64,000 nt of DNA, taken from assembly GCA_963740075.1 (NCBI GenBank), contig CAVUCP010000005.1:273288-337287 (forward strand), written 5' to 3'. Under the pieces are notes generated by a model. It was not told the DNA's origin. It saw nothing but the letters and a program-made list of their open reading frames with translations, and did not search any database. This DNA comes from an uncultured Solirubrobacteraceae bacterium (GTDB lineage: Bacteria > Actinomycetota > Thermoleophilia > Solirubrobacterales > Solirubrobacteraceae). Position numbers and translations under genes: made by a program. How positions within the stretch are numbered: the stretch's first letter is position 1; every line of letters begins with the position of its first letter. Below are positions 1 through 9,575 of the stretch, in pieces.

Positions 1-211
1 CGCTCCCGAGCGCGTCCGGGGAGAGGCGCTGCTGCGCCTGCCCCACCAGCTCGTGATGTTCGTCGGGCAGGCATGGCTCGCCGACGGGGCGCAGGACTCT
101 GTCACCCCGGACCACGAGCACGACGAGTATGCATGGTGGCCGAGCGATATCGACGATTGGCCGGCCGAGGGCGAGACGCTCGCCACCATGGCGCGCTGGC
201 TGTCCGCGTGA
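1..211 (+). CDS. Partial CDS (5' end outside window), possibly C-terminus of a NUDIX-family hydrolase
   Basis: Frame from nt 2 reads ...VTPDHEHDEYAWWPSDIDDWP...ARWLSA*; EHxxxxW resembles NUDIX C-termini; its TGA overlaps the GTG of the next gene (GTGA). Confidence 0.5.
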   Translation, partial: APERVRGEALLRLPHQLVMFVGQAWLADGAQDSVTPDHEHDEYAWWPSDIDDWPAEGETLATMARWLSA

Positions 212-543
212 GCGCCCCGCTGCGCCCGGCGGCAGGTCCGCTCACGTTCAAGCGCCTGAAGTGGACTTCCTTCACCCATTCGTGTGTCTATCTCGCGCTG
301 CTGGTGAGCGCGTTCGTGATCGGCAAGCCCGAGCCGGAGACGTTCGTCCTCGGCATGTCGCACGGGCTCCTGTGGATCTTCATGTCGCTCGCGTGCATCA
401 CGGCCGCCCGGATGCGCGTCGTATCGCTCCGCCTCGCCGTCGCGGTCGCAGTGCTCGGCGGGATCGGCCCTTTCTTCGGCAGCTACGAGTTCGTGCGCGA
501 GCAGCGCCAGCGCGATACGGACCAACCCGCAGCCACCGCGTGA
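208..543 (+). CDS. Small integral membrane protein (DUF3817-like)
   Basis: GTG at 208 coupled to upstream stop; about 3 hydrophobic helices; G-x-x-HG and PFFGS motifs. Confidence 0.6.
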   Translation: MSAPLRPAAGPLTFKRLKWTSFTHSCVYLALLVSAFVIGKPEPETFVLGMSHGLLWIFMSLACITAARMRVVSLRLAVAVAVLGGIGPFFGSYEFVREQRQRDTDQPAATA

Positions 544-641
544 GCCGCTCCGACACGTCCTTTGACACGCGCTTCACATGGCAGACTGCTCACGGTTTGA
601 TGTTGTTGCCGCCGGCGCGAGAACGCTAGAGTGAGGAACCG

Positions 642-3600
642 ATGGCACAGGCCGACACGGCTCAGCAGATAATCGACGTTGTCACCCCTGCAGCGGGCGA
701 GTCGGTCACAGAGGGAACGATCCTTGAATGGCACGCGAAGGTCGGCGATGCGATCAAGGTCGATGAGACGATCGTCGAGATCTCAACCGACAAGGTCGAC
801 GTCGAGCTGCCCTCGCCGGCCACCGGCACGGTCACCGAGATCCTCGTGCAGGAGGGCGACACCGTCACCGTCGGGCAGGTCATCGCGCGAATCGCCGTGG
901 GGGTCGCCTCCAACGGCTCGGGCCCCGCGGCCTCCGGTAACGGCCATGGCAACGGCGCATCCGCGTCTTCGCCTGCCGCTCCGCAGGAGACCGCACCCGC
1001 CGAGGCGGCCGCCGCGCCGGCCGATGCCACGGCGCCCACAACCGGGGGCGCGCAGATCGTCGATGTCCTCACACCGGCAGCGGGCGAGTCGGTAACGGAG
1101 GGCACGATCCTTGAATGGCACGCGAAGGTCGGCGATCCGATCAAGGCCAACGACACGATCGTCGAGATCTCAACAGACAAGGTCGACGTCGAGCTGCCCT
1201 CGCCGGCCACCGGCACGGTCACCGAGCTGCTCGTCCAGGAGGGCGACACCGTGACGGTGGGCCAGGTCATCGCGCGGATCGCCGTCGGCGCGGCCGACGG
1301 CTCGGCGCCCGGGTCCTCGGGCAACGGCCACGGCAACGGCGGCGCCGCTGCGCAGCCCGCCCCGCCGGCCGCGGACCAGGCCGACGGCGTCAAGGTCTCC
1401 CCCGTCGCGGCACGTGCCGCAGCGGTCGAGGGCGTCAGCCTGTCGGGCGTCTCGGGCAGCGGCCCCGCAGGGCGCATCACGAAGGCCGACGTGCTCTCCG
1501 CCGCCGGCGGCAACGGAGCCGGCTCGAGCACCGCCGCAGGCCCGGAGGCGCAGCTGATGAAGGGCGGCGCAGCGGCCCTCGCGCGCTACATGGACCAGTC
1601 CCTGTCGATCCCGACCGCCACGAGCTTCAGGACGCTCACGGTGACGGTCCTCGACGGGCGCAGACGCGAGCTCAAGGCCGCCTCGCGGAAGGTCTCCTTC
1701 ACGCACCTGATCGCCTACGCGATCGTTCGCGCCGCGTCGGAGATGCCCGTGATGGCCGACCACTTCGCGGAGGTGGACGGCAGGCCGCACCGCATGGTCG
1801 ATGGGCAGGTGAACCTCGGGCTCGCCGTCGACGTCGAGAAGAAGGACGGCTCCAGGACGTTGATGGTCCCGGTGATCTCGGACGCGGGCCGGATGAGCTT
1901 CCAGGAGTTCCTCTCCTCCTACGACGCCCTCGTCGAGAAGGCGCGGACCAACACCCTCACCGCAGACGACCTGGTCGGCGCGAACATCACCCTCACCAAC
2001 CCGGGCGGCCTGGGCACGATCGCCTCGGTTCCGCGGCTGATGGGCGGGCAGGGCACGATCGTCGCCACCGGCTCGATCGCCTACCCGGTCGGCCTTGGCA
2101 ACATCGGAGCGGAAATCGGCGCGGAGAAGGTCATGACGATGACCTCGACCTACGACCACCGCATCATCCAGGGCGCGGAGTCGGGACGGTTCCTGGCCCG
2201 GATCGAGGAGTACCTGCAGGGCGCGGACGCGTTCTACGAGGACCTGTTCGCCTCGCTCGGCGTGGAGGCCGGGCCATCTCCGGCGCCCCCGGTCCGCGCC
2301 GCCGCCCCGGCGCCCGTCAGCGAGGCGCAGATCACCTCCACCGGAGGCGAGAAGGTGCTGCAGGCCGTTCAGGCCGCGAGCACACTCGTCGGACGCGTGC
2401 GCAGCCACGGCCACCTCGCGGCGCACCTCGACCCGCTCGGCTCCGAGCCGGAGGGCGACCCCGGCCTTGACCCGGAGGCGCTCGGCCTGACCACGGAGAT
2501 CCAGGCGATGATCCCCGCGAAGATCTTCCAGATGTATGTCCCGGGCAGGACGCTCGCGGATGCCCTCCCCCACCTGCGAGAGACGTACTGCGGGACGATC
2601 GCCTACGAGATCGAGCACATCGCGTCCCACCGCCAGCGCGTCTGGCTGCGTGAGCACATCGAGTCGGGCGCATACCGCCAGCCGCTCAGCAGTGAGGAAC
2701 AGCGCACGATGCTCAAGCGCCTCGTCGAGGTGGATGCTCTGGAGCGGTTCATGCACAAGGCCTACCTCGGCCAGCATCAGTTCTCGATCGAGGGGCTGGA
2801 CATGACGGTCCCGATGCTCGACGAGCTGATCCAGCTCTCGGCGGGCATCGGCGCCCAGGAGGTCGTGGTGGGGATGGCCCACAGGGGCCGGCTGAACGTG
2901 CTCTCGCACAACCTCGGCAGGGCGTACGACACGATCTTCGCCGAGTTCGAGGGAGCGTCCACGCTCGAGGCCGTGACCACCATCCCCCAGGGCGGCACCG
3001 GCGACGTCAAGTACCACCACGGCACCCAGGGGACCTACCAGCTTCCGGCAGGCGGGACGATCCGCGTCAACCTCGAGTCCAACCCGAGCCACCTCGAGTA
3101 CGTCTCACCGGTGGTCGAGGGCGCGACCCGCGCCGCGCAGACCTCCCGCCAGGGCCCGCATGCGTTCCAGAACACGAACGCCGCCGTGCCGATCGTCATC
3201 CACGGCGACGCGTCGTTCCCGGGCCAGGGCGTCGTCTCCGAGACGCTGAACCTGCAGGCCCTCGACGGCTACAAGGTCGGCGGCACCGTCCACATCATCA
3301 TGAACAACCAGATCGGGTTCACGACCGACCCCGACGACTCGCGCTCCACGCGCTGGGCATCGGATCTCGCGAAGGGCTTCGACGTCCCGATCATTCACGT
3401 GAACGCCGACGACGTGCCGGCGTGCGTGAGCGCCGTCAGGCTCGCGTTCGCGTTCCGTCAGGAGTTCGGCCACGACGTTCTCATCGACCTGATCGGCTAC
3501 AGGCGCTTCGGGCACAACGAGTCCGACGAGCCGGCCTACACCCAGCCCGAGATGTACGCGAAGATCAAGAGCAAGAAGCGGGTCGCCGACCTCTGGGCCG

Positions 3601-5003
3601 ACCGGCTAGTGGCCGAAGGCGTCGTCTCGCCCGAGGAGGTCGAGCGCCAGGCCCAGGCGGTGTGGGACAACCTCACCCTCCTGCACCAGCGTCTGAAGGC
3701 GAAGATCGCCGCCGCCGCCGAGCACGGCGGGGAGCACACCACCGGCGAGTACCAGCTCGACCGCACGCCGAGCCCCGAGGTCGAGACGGCGGTCCCCGCC
3801 GCGCGCCTGCGTAGCCTCGGCGAGGAGCTCCTCACGGTCCCCGACGAGTTCACCGTTCACCCGAAGCTCGTCAAACAGCTCGAGCGCCGGCGCGAGGCGC
3901 TCGAGGACCAGACCCCCGGCGCAACCGGGATCGACTGGGCCCACGCCGAGGCGCTCGCGTTCGCCTCGCTGCTCACCGAGGGCACACCGCTGCGGCTCTC
4001 CGGCCAGGACACCGAGCGCGGAACCTTCAGCCAGCGTCACATGGTCCTGCACGACGCCAAGACCGGCCAGACCGTATGCCCGATCCAGACGCTCCCGGAC
4101 GCGATCGCGCCGCTGGAGCTGCACAACAGCCCCCTCTCGGAGCTCGCGTGCCTCGGATTCGAGTACGGATACAGCCAGGAGGCACCGGAGACGCTCGTGT
4201 TGTGGGAGGCCCAGTTCGGCGACTTCGTCAACTCCGCGCAGGTGATCATCGACCAGTTCATCGTCTCGGGCCTGGCCAAGTGGGGCCAGACGTCACGGCT
4301 GACGCTGCTGCTCCCCCACGGATACGAGGGCTCGGGCCCGGAGCACTCCTCCGCTCGCCTCGAGCGGTTCCTGCGCAGCGCCGCCGAGGGCAACATCCGT
4401 GTCGCGAGCCCCACCACACCCGCCCAGTACTTCCACCTGCTCAGACGCCAGGCACGGATCGCCAAGCAGCGCCCGCTCGTCGTGATGACACCGAAGTCGC
4501 TGCTTCGGCTGCCCCAGGCCGCGAGCTCGATCGCCGACATGGCGGAGGGAACCCGTTTCGAGCCGATCCTCGCCGAGCCCGGTGTGCAGGACGAGCAGGT
4601 CACACGCCTGGTTCTGTGCACGGGCAAGATCTACTACGACCTCGTCGGACACCCGGAACGCGCATCGCACGCGGGCCTGGCAGTCGCACGGGTCGAGCTC
4701 CTGTACCCGTTCCCGGAAGCGCAGATCCTCGAGCTGATGGGCCGCTATCCGAACCTGCGCGAGGTGCTCTGGGTCCAGGAGGAGCCGCGCAACATGGGCG
4801 CCCGCGCGCACATGTTCCCGAGGCTGATGCAGATCATGCCCGAGGAGATGCACTTCGGCTACGTGGGCCGTCCCGAGCGCGCGAGCCCGGGCGAGGGCTA
4901 CCCCGCGGCGCACATCGATGAACAGAACCGGATCGTCACGACGGCGATCGATCTGCGCCAGCCGATCTCCCAGTACCCGCGCAAGACCCCCGGCGAGCGC
5001 TGA
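642..5003 (+). CDS. kgd: Multifunctional 2-oxoglutarate dehydrogenase/decarboxylase (KGD/OdhA type) with two N-terminal lipoyl domains, PSBD, E2 succinyltransferase domain and E1 ThDP domains
   Basis: Two STDKVD lipoyl motifs; PSBD-like SPVAARAA...GSGPAGRITKADV; E2 YDHRIIQGAESG; E1 motifs GMAHRGRLN, GDVKYH, HGDASFPGQG, WEAQFGDF, LPHGYEGSGPEHSS. Confidence 0.95.
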   Translation: MAQADTAQQIIDVVTPAAGESVTEGTILEWHAKVGDAIKVDETIVEISTDKVDVELPSPATGTVTEILVQEGDTVTVGQVIARIAVGVASNGSGPAASGNGHGNGASASSPAAPQETAPAEAAAAPADATAPTTGGAQIVDVLTPAAGESVTEGTILEWHAKVGDPIKANDTIVEISTDKVDVELPSPATGTVTELLVQEGDTVTVGQVIARIAVGAADGSAPGSSGNGHGNGGAAAQPAPPAADQADGVKVSPVAARAAAVEGVSLSGVSGSGPAGRITKADVLSAAGGNGAGSSTAAGPEAQLMKGGAAALARYMDQSLSIPTATSFRTLTVTVLDGRRRELKAASRKVSFTHLIAYAIVRAASEMPVMADHFAEVDGRPHRMVDGQVNLGLAVDVEKKDGSRTLMVPVISDAGRMSFQEFLSSYDALVEKARTNTLTADDLVGANITLTNPGGLGTIASVPRLMGGQGTIVATGSIAYPVGLGNIGAEIGAEKVMTMTSTYDHRIIQGAESGRFLARIEEYLQGADAFYEDLFASLGVEAGPSPAPPVRAAAPAPVSEAQITSTGGEKVLQAVQAASTLVGRVRSHGHLAAHLDPLGSEPEGDPGLDPEALGLTTEIQAMIPAKIFQMYVPGRTLADALPHLRETYCGTIAYEIEHIASHRQRVWLREHIESGAYRQPLSSEEQRTMLKRLVEVDALERFMHKAYLGQHQFSIEGLDMTVPMLDELIQLSAGIGAQEVVVGMAHRGRLNVLSHNLGRAYDTIFAEFEGASTLEAVTTIPQGGTGDVKYHHGTQGTYQLPAGGTIRVNLESNPSHLEYVSPVVEGATRAAQTSRQGPHAFQNTNAAVPIVIHGDASFPGQGVVSETLNLQALDGYKVGGTVHIIMNNQIGFTTDPDDSRSTRWASDLAKGFDVPIIHVNADDVPACVSAVRLAFAFRQEFGHDVLIDLIGYRRFGHNESDEPAYTQPEMYAKIKSKKRVADLWADRLVAEGVVSPEEVERQAQAVWDNLTLLHQRLKAKIAAAAEHGGEHTTGEYQLDRTPSPEVETAVPAARLRSLGEELLTVPDEFTVHPKLVKQLERRREALEDQTPGATGIDWAHAEALAFASLLTEGTPLRLSGQDTERGTFSQRHMVLHDAKTGQTVCPIQTLPDAIAPLELHNSPLSELACLGFEYGYSQEAPETLVLWEAQFGDFVNSAQVIIDQFIVSGLAKWGQTSRLTLLLPHGYEGSGPEHSSARLERFLRSAAEGNIRVASPTTPAQYFHLLRRQARIAKQRPLVVMTPKSLLRLPQAASSIADMAEGTRFEPILAEPGVQDEQVTRLVLCTGKIYYDLVGHPERASHAGLAVARVELLYPFPEAQILELMGRYPNLREVLWVQEEPRNMGARAHMFPRLMQIMPEEMHFGYVGRPERASPGEGYPAAHIDEQNRIVTTAIDLRQPISQYPRKTPGER
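666..1287 (+). repeat. Intragenic direct repeat (two lipoyl-domain copies, about 235 nt each, offset 387 nt)
   Basis: 666-900 and 1053-1287 share long identical stretches, e.g. acgatccttgaatggcacgcgaaggtcggcgat and gacaaggtcgacgtcgagctgccctcgccggccaccggcacggtcaccgag. Confidence 0.9.
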
Positions 5004-5074
5004 TGGGCGCTCTCTGGCGCCGGTTCAGGGAGATCATGCGCCAGCGCAAGCGCAAGCGCCAGCTCGGCGCCTGA

Positions 5075-5860
5075 TCAGCGCCCTTTCCAGACCGGGTCGC
5101 GCTTCTCCTTGAACGCGGCTGCTCCCTCGCGCGAGTCCTCGGAGCCGAACACGGGGCCGGAGATCGCTCCCTGCTTCTCCCACATCTCGGCGCTGCTCCA
5201 GTCGAACTGTTCCTGCAGGATCTGCTTGGAGGCGATCAGCGCGAGCGGACCGTTCTTGGCGAGCCGGCCGGCGAGCTCGAGCGCGCCGTCCACGGCACCG
5301 CCGGGCTCGGCGAGCGTGTTCACGAGACCGAACTCGTGAAAGCGCTCCGCGGGCATCGTGTCCCCGGTCAGGGCGAGCTCCATCACCACGTGGTAGGGCA
5401 TGCGCCGCGGCATCCTCAGAAGCGCCCCGCCGGCCGCGACCAGCGAGCGCTTGGCCTCGGGTATGCCGAGCTTCGCGCCCTTCGCGGCGACGATCAGATC
5501 GCACGCGAGCGCGATCTCGAGGCCCCCGGCGACCGCGAAACCCTCGATCGCGGCGATCAGCGGCTTGCGTGCGGAGCGCTGCGCGATCCCTGCGAAGCCG
5601 CGGTCGCCATACCACGGGGACTCGCCCCTGACGAACGCTCCGAGATCCATGCCCGCGCAGAAGAAGCCGCCCGCCCCTGTCAGCACGCCCACCGACAGTC
5701 CCTCGTCGCCGTCGAGCTCGTCCAGGGCGTGCGCGAGACCCTCGGCGAGCGCTGCGTTGACGGCGTTGCGGACCTCGGGCCGGTTGAGCGTGATCAGCAG
5801 TACGTTCCCGCGCCGCTCGGTGAGGACGGGCTGCTCGGCGTCTGTGAGGTCGGCGGTCAT
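5075..5860 (-). CDS. Enoyl-CoA hydratase/isomerase (crotonase family)
   Basis: ITLNRPEVRNA, FCAGMDL, AIEGFAVAGGLEIALACD, GIPE, AFKEKRDPVWKGR; AAAGGAG RBS. Confidence 0.92.
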   Translation of the reverse strand: MTADLTDAEQPVLTERRGNVLLITLNRPEVRNAVNAALAEGLAHALDELDGDEGLSVGVLTGAGGFFCAGMDLGAFVRGESPWYGDRGFAGIAQRSARKPLIAAIEGFAVAGGLEIALACDLIVAAKGAKLGIPEAKRSLVAAGGALLRMPRRMPYHVVMELALTGDTMPAERFHEFGLVNTLAEPGGAVDGALELAGRLAKNGPLALIASKQILQEQFDWSSAEMWEKQGAISGPVFGSEDSREGAAAFKEKRDPVWKGR

Positions 5861-5912
5861 CGGGCGCTCTCTCCTTTGTCGGGGAGAGGGAGCCTATCTG
5901 CGCAGGGACGCT

Positions 5913-6605
5913 TCAGGCAGCGAAAAGGCGCAGGTCGGGCTCGCGGTCCCCGCGCAGCACATCGGGGTCGACCTCGACACAGTCGATTCCGCGCGAGAGC
6001 GCCAGGACCCGTGCCTGCGGCTTGATGCTCTGCGCCGCCAGGATGCCCCTGCACGAGCCCATGGCGGGATCCCTGCGTATGCGCTCCAGGTAGCGGGTGA
6101 GCTGCTCGACAGCGTCGATGTTCGCGATCCGCTTGATCTCGACCGCGATCCACTCGTCCTGCTCGTCGCGGCACATCAGGTCCACCGGGCCGATGTCCGT
6201 GGGCCACTCGCGCCTGACGAGCCGCAGGCCCTCCCCGCACCACTGCGGTGCGCCCGCGAGCAGCTCCTGAAGCTCGCGCTCGATTCCCTCCTTCTCGAGC
6301 GAGGCGAGGACGTCGAGCTCGTGCTCCACGTCGGAGAGCACGACGTCGATCGCGATATCCAGACGCTCCTCCCCCGAGCGCCGGCGCACGGTCAGAGCGC
6401 TCAGATCGCCGTCGGGGCCGACCTCCTGTTCGACCACGGTCGGCGGGATCATCCAGTTCAGCGGCTTGACGTTCGGGCCGCCGCCGTCGGCCCAGACCAT
6501 GAAGGTCCCGTCGCCCTTGATCATCAGCAGCCGCACCGCGCGGGGAAGCACGGTGTTCAGGCGGCCGGAGTAGGAAACCTCACAGCTGGCTACGATCAGG
6601 CGCAT
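5913..6605 (-). CDS. nucS: Endonuclease NucS (mismatch repair)
   Basis: MRLIVASCEVSYSGRL...RLLMIKGDG, KPLNWM, REWPTDIGPVDL, VEIKR, AVEQLTRY. Confidence 0.92.
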   Translation of the reverse strand: MRLIVASCEVSYSGRLNTVLPRAVRLLMIKGDGTFMVWADGGGPNVKPLNWMIPPTVVEQEVGPDGDLSALTVRRRSGEERLDIAIDVVLSDVEHELDVLASLEKEGIERELQELLAGAPQWCGEGLRLVRREWPTDIGPVDLMCRDEQDEWIAVEIKRIANIDAVEQLTRYLERIRRDPAMGSCRGILAAQSIKPQARVLALSRGIDCVEVDPDVLRGDREPDLRLFAA

Positions 6606-6822
6606 CCTCGGACGGTACCGTCTGGACCGGATCCAAGATTTCGCCTGCGACAGGAGCGGGCGGCGCCGCGGGCGGCTGCTGCACGCCCTGCCCGACGGCC
6701 TCGCGGAACTCCCGGATCCCCGCACCCAGCGCCCGCGTCAGCTCGGGAAGCCGTTTCGGCCCGAGCACGATCAGCGCGACGATCGCGATGAACAGGATGT
6801 GGACAGGATTCTCGATGCCCAT
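6580..6822 (-). CDS. tatA: Twin-arginine translocase TatA/TatE family subunit
   Basis: Single TM followed by LGPKRLPE amphipathic helix (LGAGIREFRE); TAGCCT -10-like hexamer 7 nt before ATG 6822 (alternative start 6828). Confidence 0.8.
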   Translation of the reverse strand: MGIENPVHILFIAIVALIVLGPKRLPELTRALGAGIREFREAVGQGVQQPPAAPPAPVAGEILDPVQTVPSEDAPDRSQL

Positions 6823-6878
6823 CTGCATCAGGCTAGCGCCCCGGGGGACCGCCGGTGCCCCCCCTACGCTCTTCGCCT

Positions 6879-7556
6879 ATGGCACAGGAGGTGCAGCAGC
6901 GCGGGCGCGTCTACCCGCCACCGCCGGGGATCGAGCGCGTCTGGCCCGCGCAGCTGACGGCCCTCGTAGCGATAGCGCTGCAGATCACGCTGCCGAACCG
7001 GCTCACTGCGGGCCCGCCATGGCTGCTGCCGTCCCTGGAGACGGCGCTCGTCGTCCTGCTCGTCATCTCCACGCGGCGGATCAGGCTCGAGGATGACCAT
7101 CCCGGCCGGCGTGTCCTTGCGATCGTGATGATCGCGCTGGTGAGCGCAGCGAACATCCTCTCGCTCTACCTGCTCACCCACTACCTGCTCCACAACGATG
7201 TATCCAACGGCCACGAGCTGATCGGCGCCGGGCTGCTGATCTGGCTGACCAATTTCCTGATCTTCTCGCTCTGGTACTGGGAGCTCGACCGCGGAGGGCC
7301 GGGGGTGCGCGCGGCCGGCAGGGACCGGGCGCCCGACTTCCTGTTCCCGCAGATGGCGGACGACCGCATCGAGCCGCTGGACTGGCGCCCGCACTTCGTC
7401 GACTACCTGTACGTGTCGCTGACGAACGCGACCGCGTTCTCGCCGACGGACACGATGCCGCTGACGCCGATGGCGAAGGGCGTCATGGGCGCGCAGTCGC
7501 TCGTCTCGCTCGTGACGATCGGCCTGATCGTCTCCCGCGCCGTCAACATCCTGTAG
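6879..7556 (+). CDS. DUF1345-like integral membrane protein
   Basis: Several TMs; WYWELDRGGP, DFLFPQM, FVDYLYVSLTNATAFSPTDTMPLT, SRAVNIL. Confidence 0.75.
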   Translation: MAQEVQQRGRVYPPPPGIERVWPAQLTALVAIALQITLPNRLTAGPPWLLPSLETALVVLLVISTRRIRLEDDHPGRRVLAIVMIALVSAANILSLYLLTHYLLHNDVSNGHELIGAGLLIWLTNFLIFSLWYWELDRGGPGVRAAGRDRAPDFLFPQMADDRIEPLDWRPHFVDYLYVSLTNATAFSPTDTMPLTPMAKGVMGAQSLVSLVTIGLIVSRAVNIL

Positions 7557-7562
7557 CGGCGG

Positions 7563-8339
7563 TCAATGGCGGGGGCACGGTGCCGTGTACTGCACGTCCA
7601 CGGTCTGCTGCGCGAGGCCGCCGAGCGCGGCGAACGTCAGCGCCGTCCTGACCTGGAACCCCGCCTTCGGGCAGCTCGCGGGGACCGTGCCGTAGTAGAC
7701 CGGCCTGCCGTGGATGCGGATCGCGGCACCGACCATGACGGTGATCCTCTCGACCGAAGCGTCGGGGGCGCCGGGGACCGTTTCGACGAGCGGCACCTGT
7801 GAGATGAGCACCGGGCCGCTGCCGCCGGCGCCGGCGATGTTTTCGTAGGTCGCCGTCGACGGGATTTCCAGTGACACCGGATCGTGGCCGGAGGTGAAGA
7901 ACTCGAGTCCGCCGCCGGGCGCGAAGAACGATTCGAGGCTGGCTTCCTCCGGGACGCGCGTGCCGCCGAAGGCCACGATGCCCTGAACCGTCCCGGGCGG
8001 GCCGGCATGTGAGCCGGCAGGACACCTCGACGGTTCCCTTTCGACCAGGACCGTCTCGGCGGAACATGTGGGAAAGCCTGCGGGGTGAAGCCTGGTGCCC
8101 GCGGGGAGGTAGAAGCGCACTCCGATCAGCGGTGGCGGGAAACCGCCGTATTCGGTTCCGGAGATCCTGTATTCGACCTGCAGCGCCGCCCCGGCGCCGT
8201 ACCTGTAGCCGGTGCCGGGGAACCCAGTGATCGGCACGGGGAGGACTTTGAACAGCACTTCCGGAGCGCCGTACGCGGGCGGCGCCAGCGCGAGCGCTGC
8301 AAGCGCGAGAGCGGCAAGAATGCTCAGCGGACTGCGCAT
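7563..8339 (-). CDS. Secreted protein with a single Cys-bridged beta-domain of the type repeated in 18733-21747
   Basis: Signal peptide (ALALAPPAYG); LPAG...FPTCS...CPAGS...PASCP pattern. Confidence 0.7.
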   Translation of the reverse strand: MRSPLSILAALALAALALAPPAYGAPEVLFKVLPVPITGFPGTGYRYGAGAALQVEYRISGTEYGGFPPPLIGVRFYLPAGTRLHPAGFPTCSAETVLVEREPSRCPAGSHAGPPGTVQGIVAFGGTRVPEEASLESFFAPGGGLEFFTSGHDPVSLEIPSTATYENIAGAGGSGPVLISQVPLVETVPGAPDASVERITVMVGAAIRIHGRPVYYGTVPASCPKAGFQVRTALTFAALGGLAQQTVDVQYTAPCPRH

Positions 8340-8423
8340 CGGCTCCGTCCTTCCGGGTGAACCCGGAGATCGTAGTGCGCGAGAGGGTGCCGTGTGGGCG
8401 GCTGCCTATATCGTTCGCGCGCG

Positions 8424-8912
8424 ATGGGACAGATCGAGGACCGCCTGCGGGAGCTCGGGATCGCCTTGCCCGCGCTGTTCGCTGCACCCGGAGCCGCGCA
8501 GATGAGCTTCGAGCTCGTGCACGTTTCAGATGGGCTCGCCTACATCTCCGGCCACGGCCCGATGGACGGCGCGAGCGCCCTCGTGCAGGGCAAGGTCGGC
8601 GGCGAGCTGACACCCGAGCAGGGATACGACGCCGCCCGGCTCACGGCACTTTCGATACTCGCGTCGCTGAAGCACGAGCTCGGCGACCTCGACCGCGTGA
8701 CCGGGTGGGTGAAGGTCCTGGGGCTCGTGAACTGCGCCCCCGGCTTCAACCGCACGCCTGCCGTGGTCAACGGCTTCAGCGACCTCATCCTCGACCTGTG
8801 GGGCGATGCGGGCCGCCACGCGAGGTCGGCGATCGGCGCTGCCGAGCTGCCGTTCGACATACCCGTCGAGATCGAGGCGGTGGCTCAGATCGCGCCGTCC
8901 GCCGGCACCTGA
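8424..8912 (+). CDS. RidA/YjgF family protein
   Basis: AYISGHGP, GKVGGELT, VKVLGLVN, VVNGFSDL, HARSAIG, LPFDIPVEIE. Confidence 0.88.
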   Translation: MGQIEDRLRELGIALPALFAAPGAAQMSFELVHVSDGLAYISGHGPMDGASALVQGKVGGELTPEQGYDAARLTALSILASLKHELGDLDRVTGWVKVLGLVNCAPGFNRTPAVVNGFSDLILDLWGDAGRHARSAIGAAELPFDIPVEIEAVAQIAPSAGT

Positions 8913-9562
8913 CGGGAGCCCTGGCCCCAGTAGAACGGCCCCTGCGCGGGCGTGACCGCGATCCTCCATCCGATCTCGGCGAGCCGGCCTTCGAGCTCGC
9001 GCAGGTCGTGCTCGACCTTGAAGATCGTTCGCGTGCTCCCGTCCGCCAGCCTTCTCCGCACGACGCTCGGGCTCCCTCCGGGAATGGCTTCGTCGGGCGT
9101 CCTGAAGCCGTCGTCGGCGAAGAACACGCGTCCGCCCGGCTTCAGCGCGCGGCCCACGAGAGCCCAGAACTCCACGAAGCGCTCGAGCGGCACGTGCGAG
9201 AGCCAGAAGCAGAACACGACCGTGTCATAGAGACGATCGGGCTCCCACTCGAAGATGTCCGACTGCACGAAGCTCACGTTCCCGCCTGCGTCCTGCAATC
9301 GCGCGCGCGCCCGCTCGAGCATCTCCGGCGACGCGTCGACCGACGTCAGGCTGCGCGCAACGGGCGCCACGAGCTCGGTCCACATGCCCGTGCCGCACGC
9401 GAGCTCGAGGACGTCACCGGACGGCGCGAAGGCATCCAGCGCCTGCACCAGGTCCGCTCCGTTCCAGGCCGACAGGGCACAGTGCTCGTAGTCGGGCGCT
9501 ATCTCGCTGTAATAGGCCCTCTGTTCGGCCAGCAGCCGGTCGACGTCGTCGTGACCGGCCAC
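8885..9562 (-). CDS. Class I SAM-dependent methyltransferase
   Basis: VLELACGTG motif I, VDASPEML, FWLSHVP, LKPGGRVFF. Confidence 0.88.
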   Translation of the reverse strand: MAGHDDVDRLLAEQRAYYSEIAPDYEHCALSAWNGADLVQALDAFAPSGDVLELACGTGMWTELVAPVARSLTSVDASPEMLERARARLQDAGGNVSFVQSDIFEWEPDRLYDTVVFCFWLSHVPLERFVEFWALVGRALKPGGRVFFADDGFRTPDEAIPGGSPSVVRRRLADGSTRTIFKVEHDLRELEGRLAEIGWRIAVTPAQGPFYWGQGSRQVPADGAI

Positions 9563-9575
9563 GGGCCCTGCTGCC

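Noticed and set aside
1115-3092. Long overlapping and antisense ORFs within kgd (similar ones lie over acnA, ettA, gad and others)
   Set aside because: Shadow ORFs expected at high GC; Arg/Gly/Pro-rich or antisense-patterned with no family motifs.
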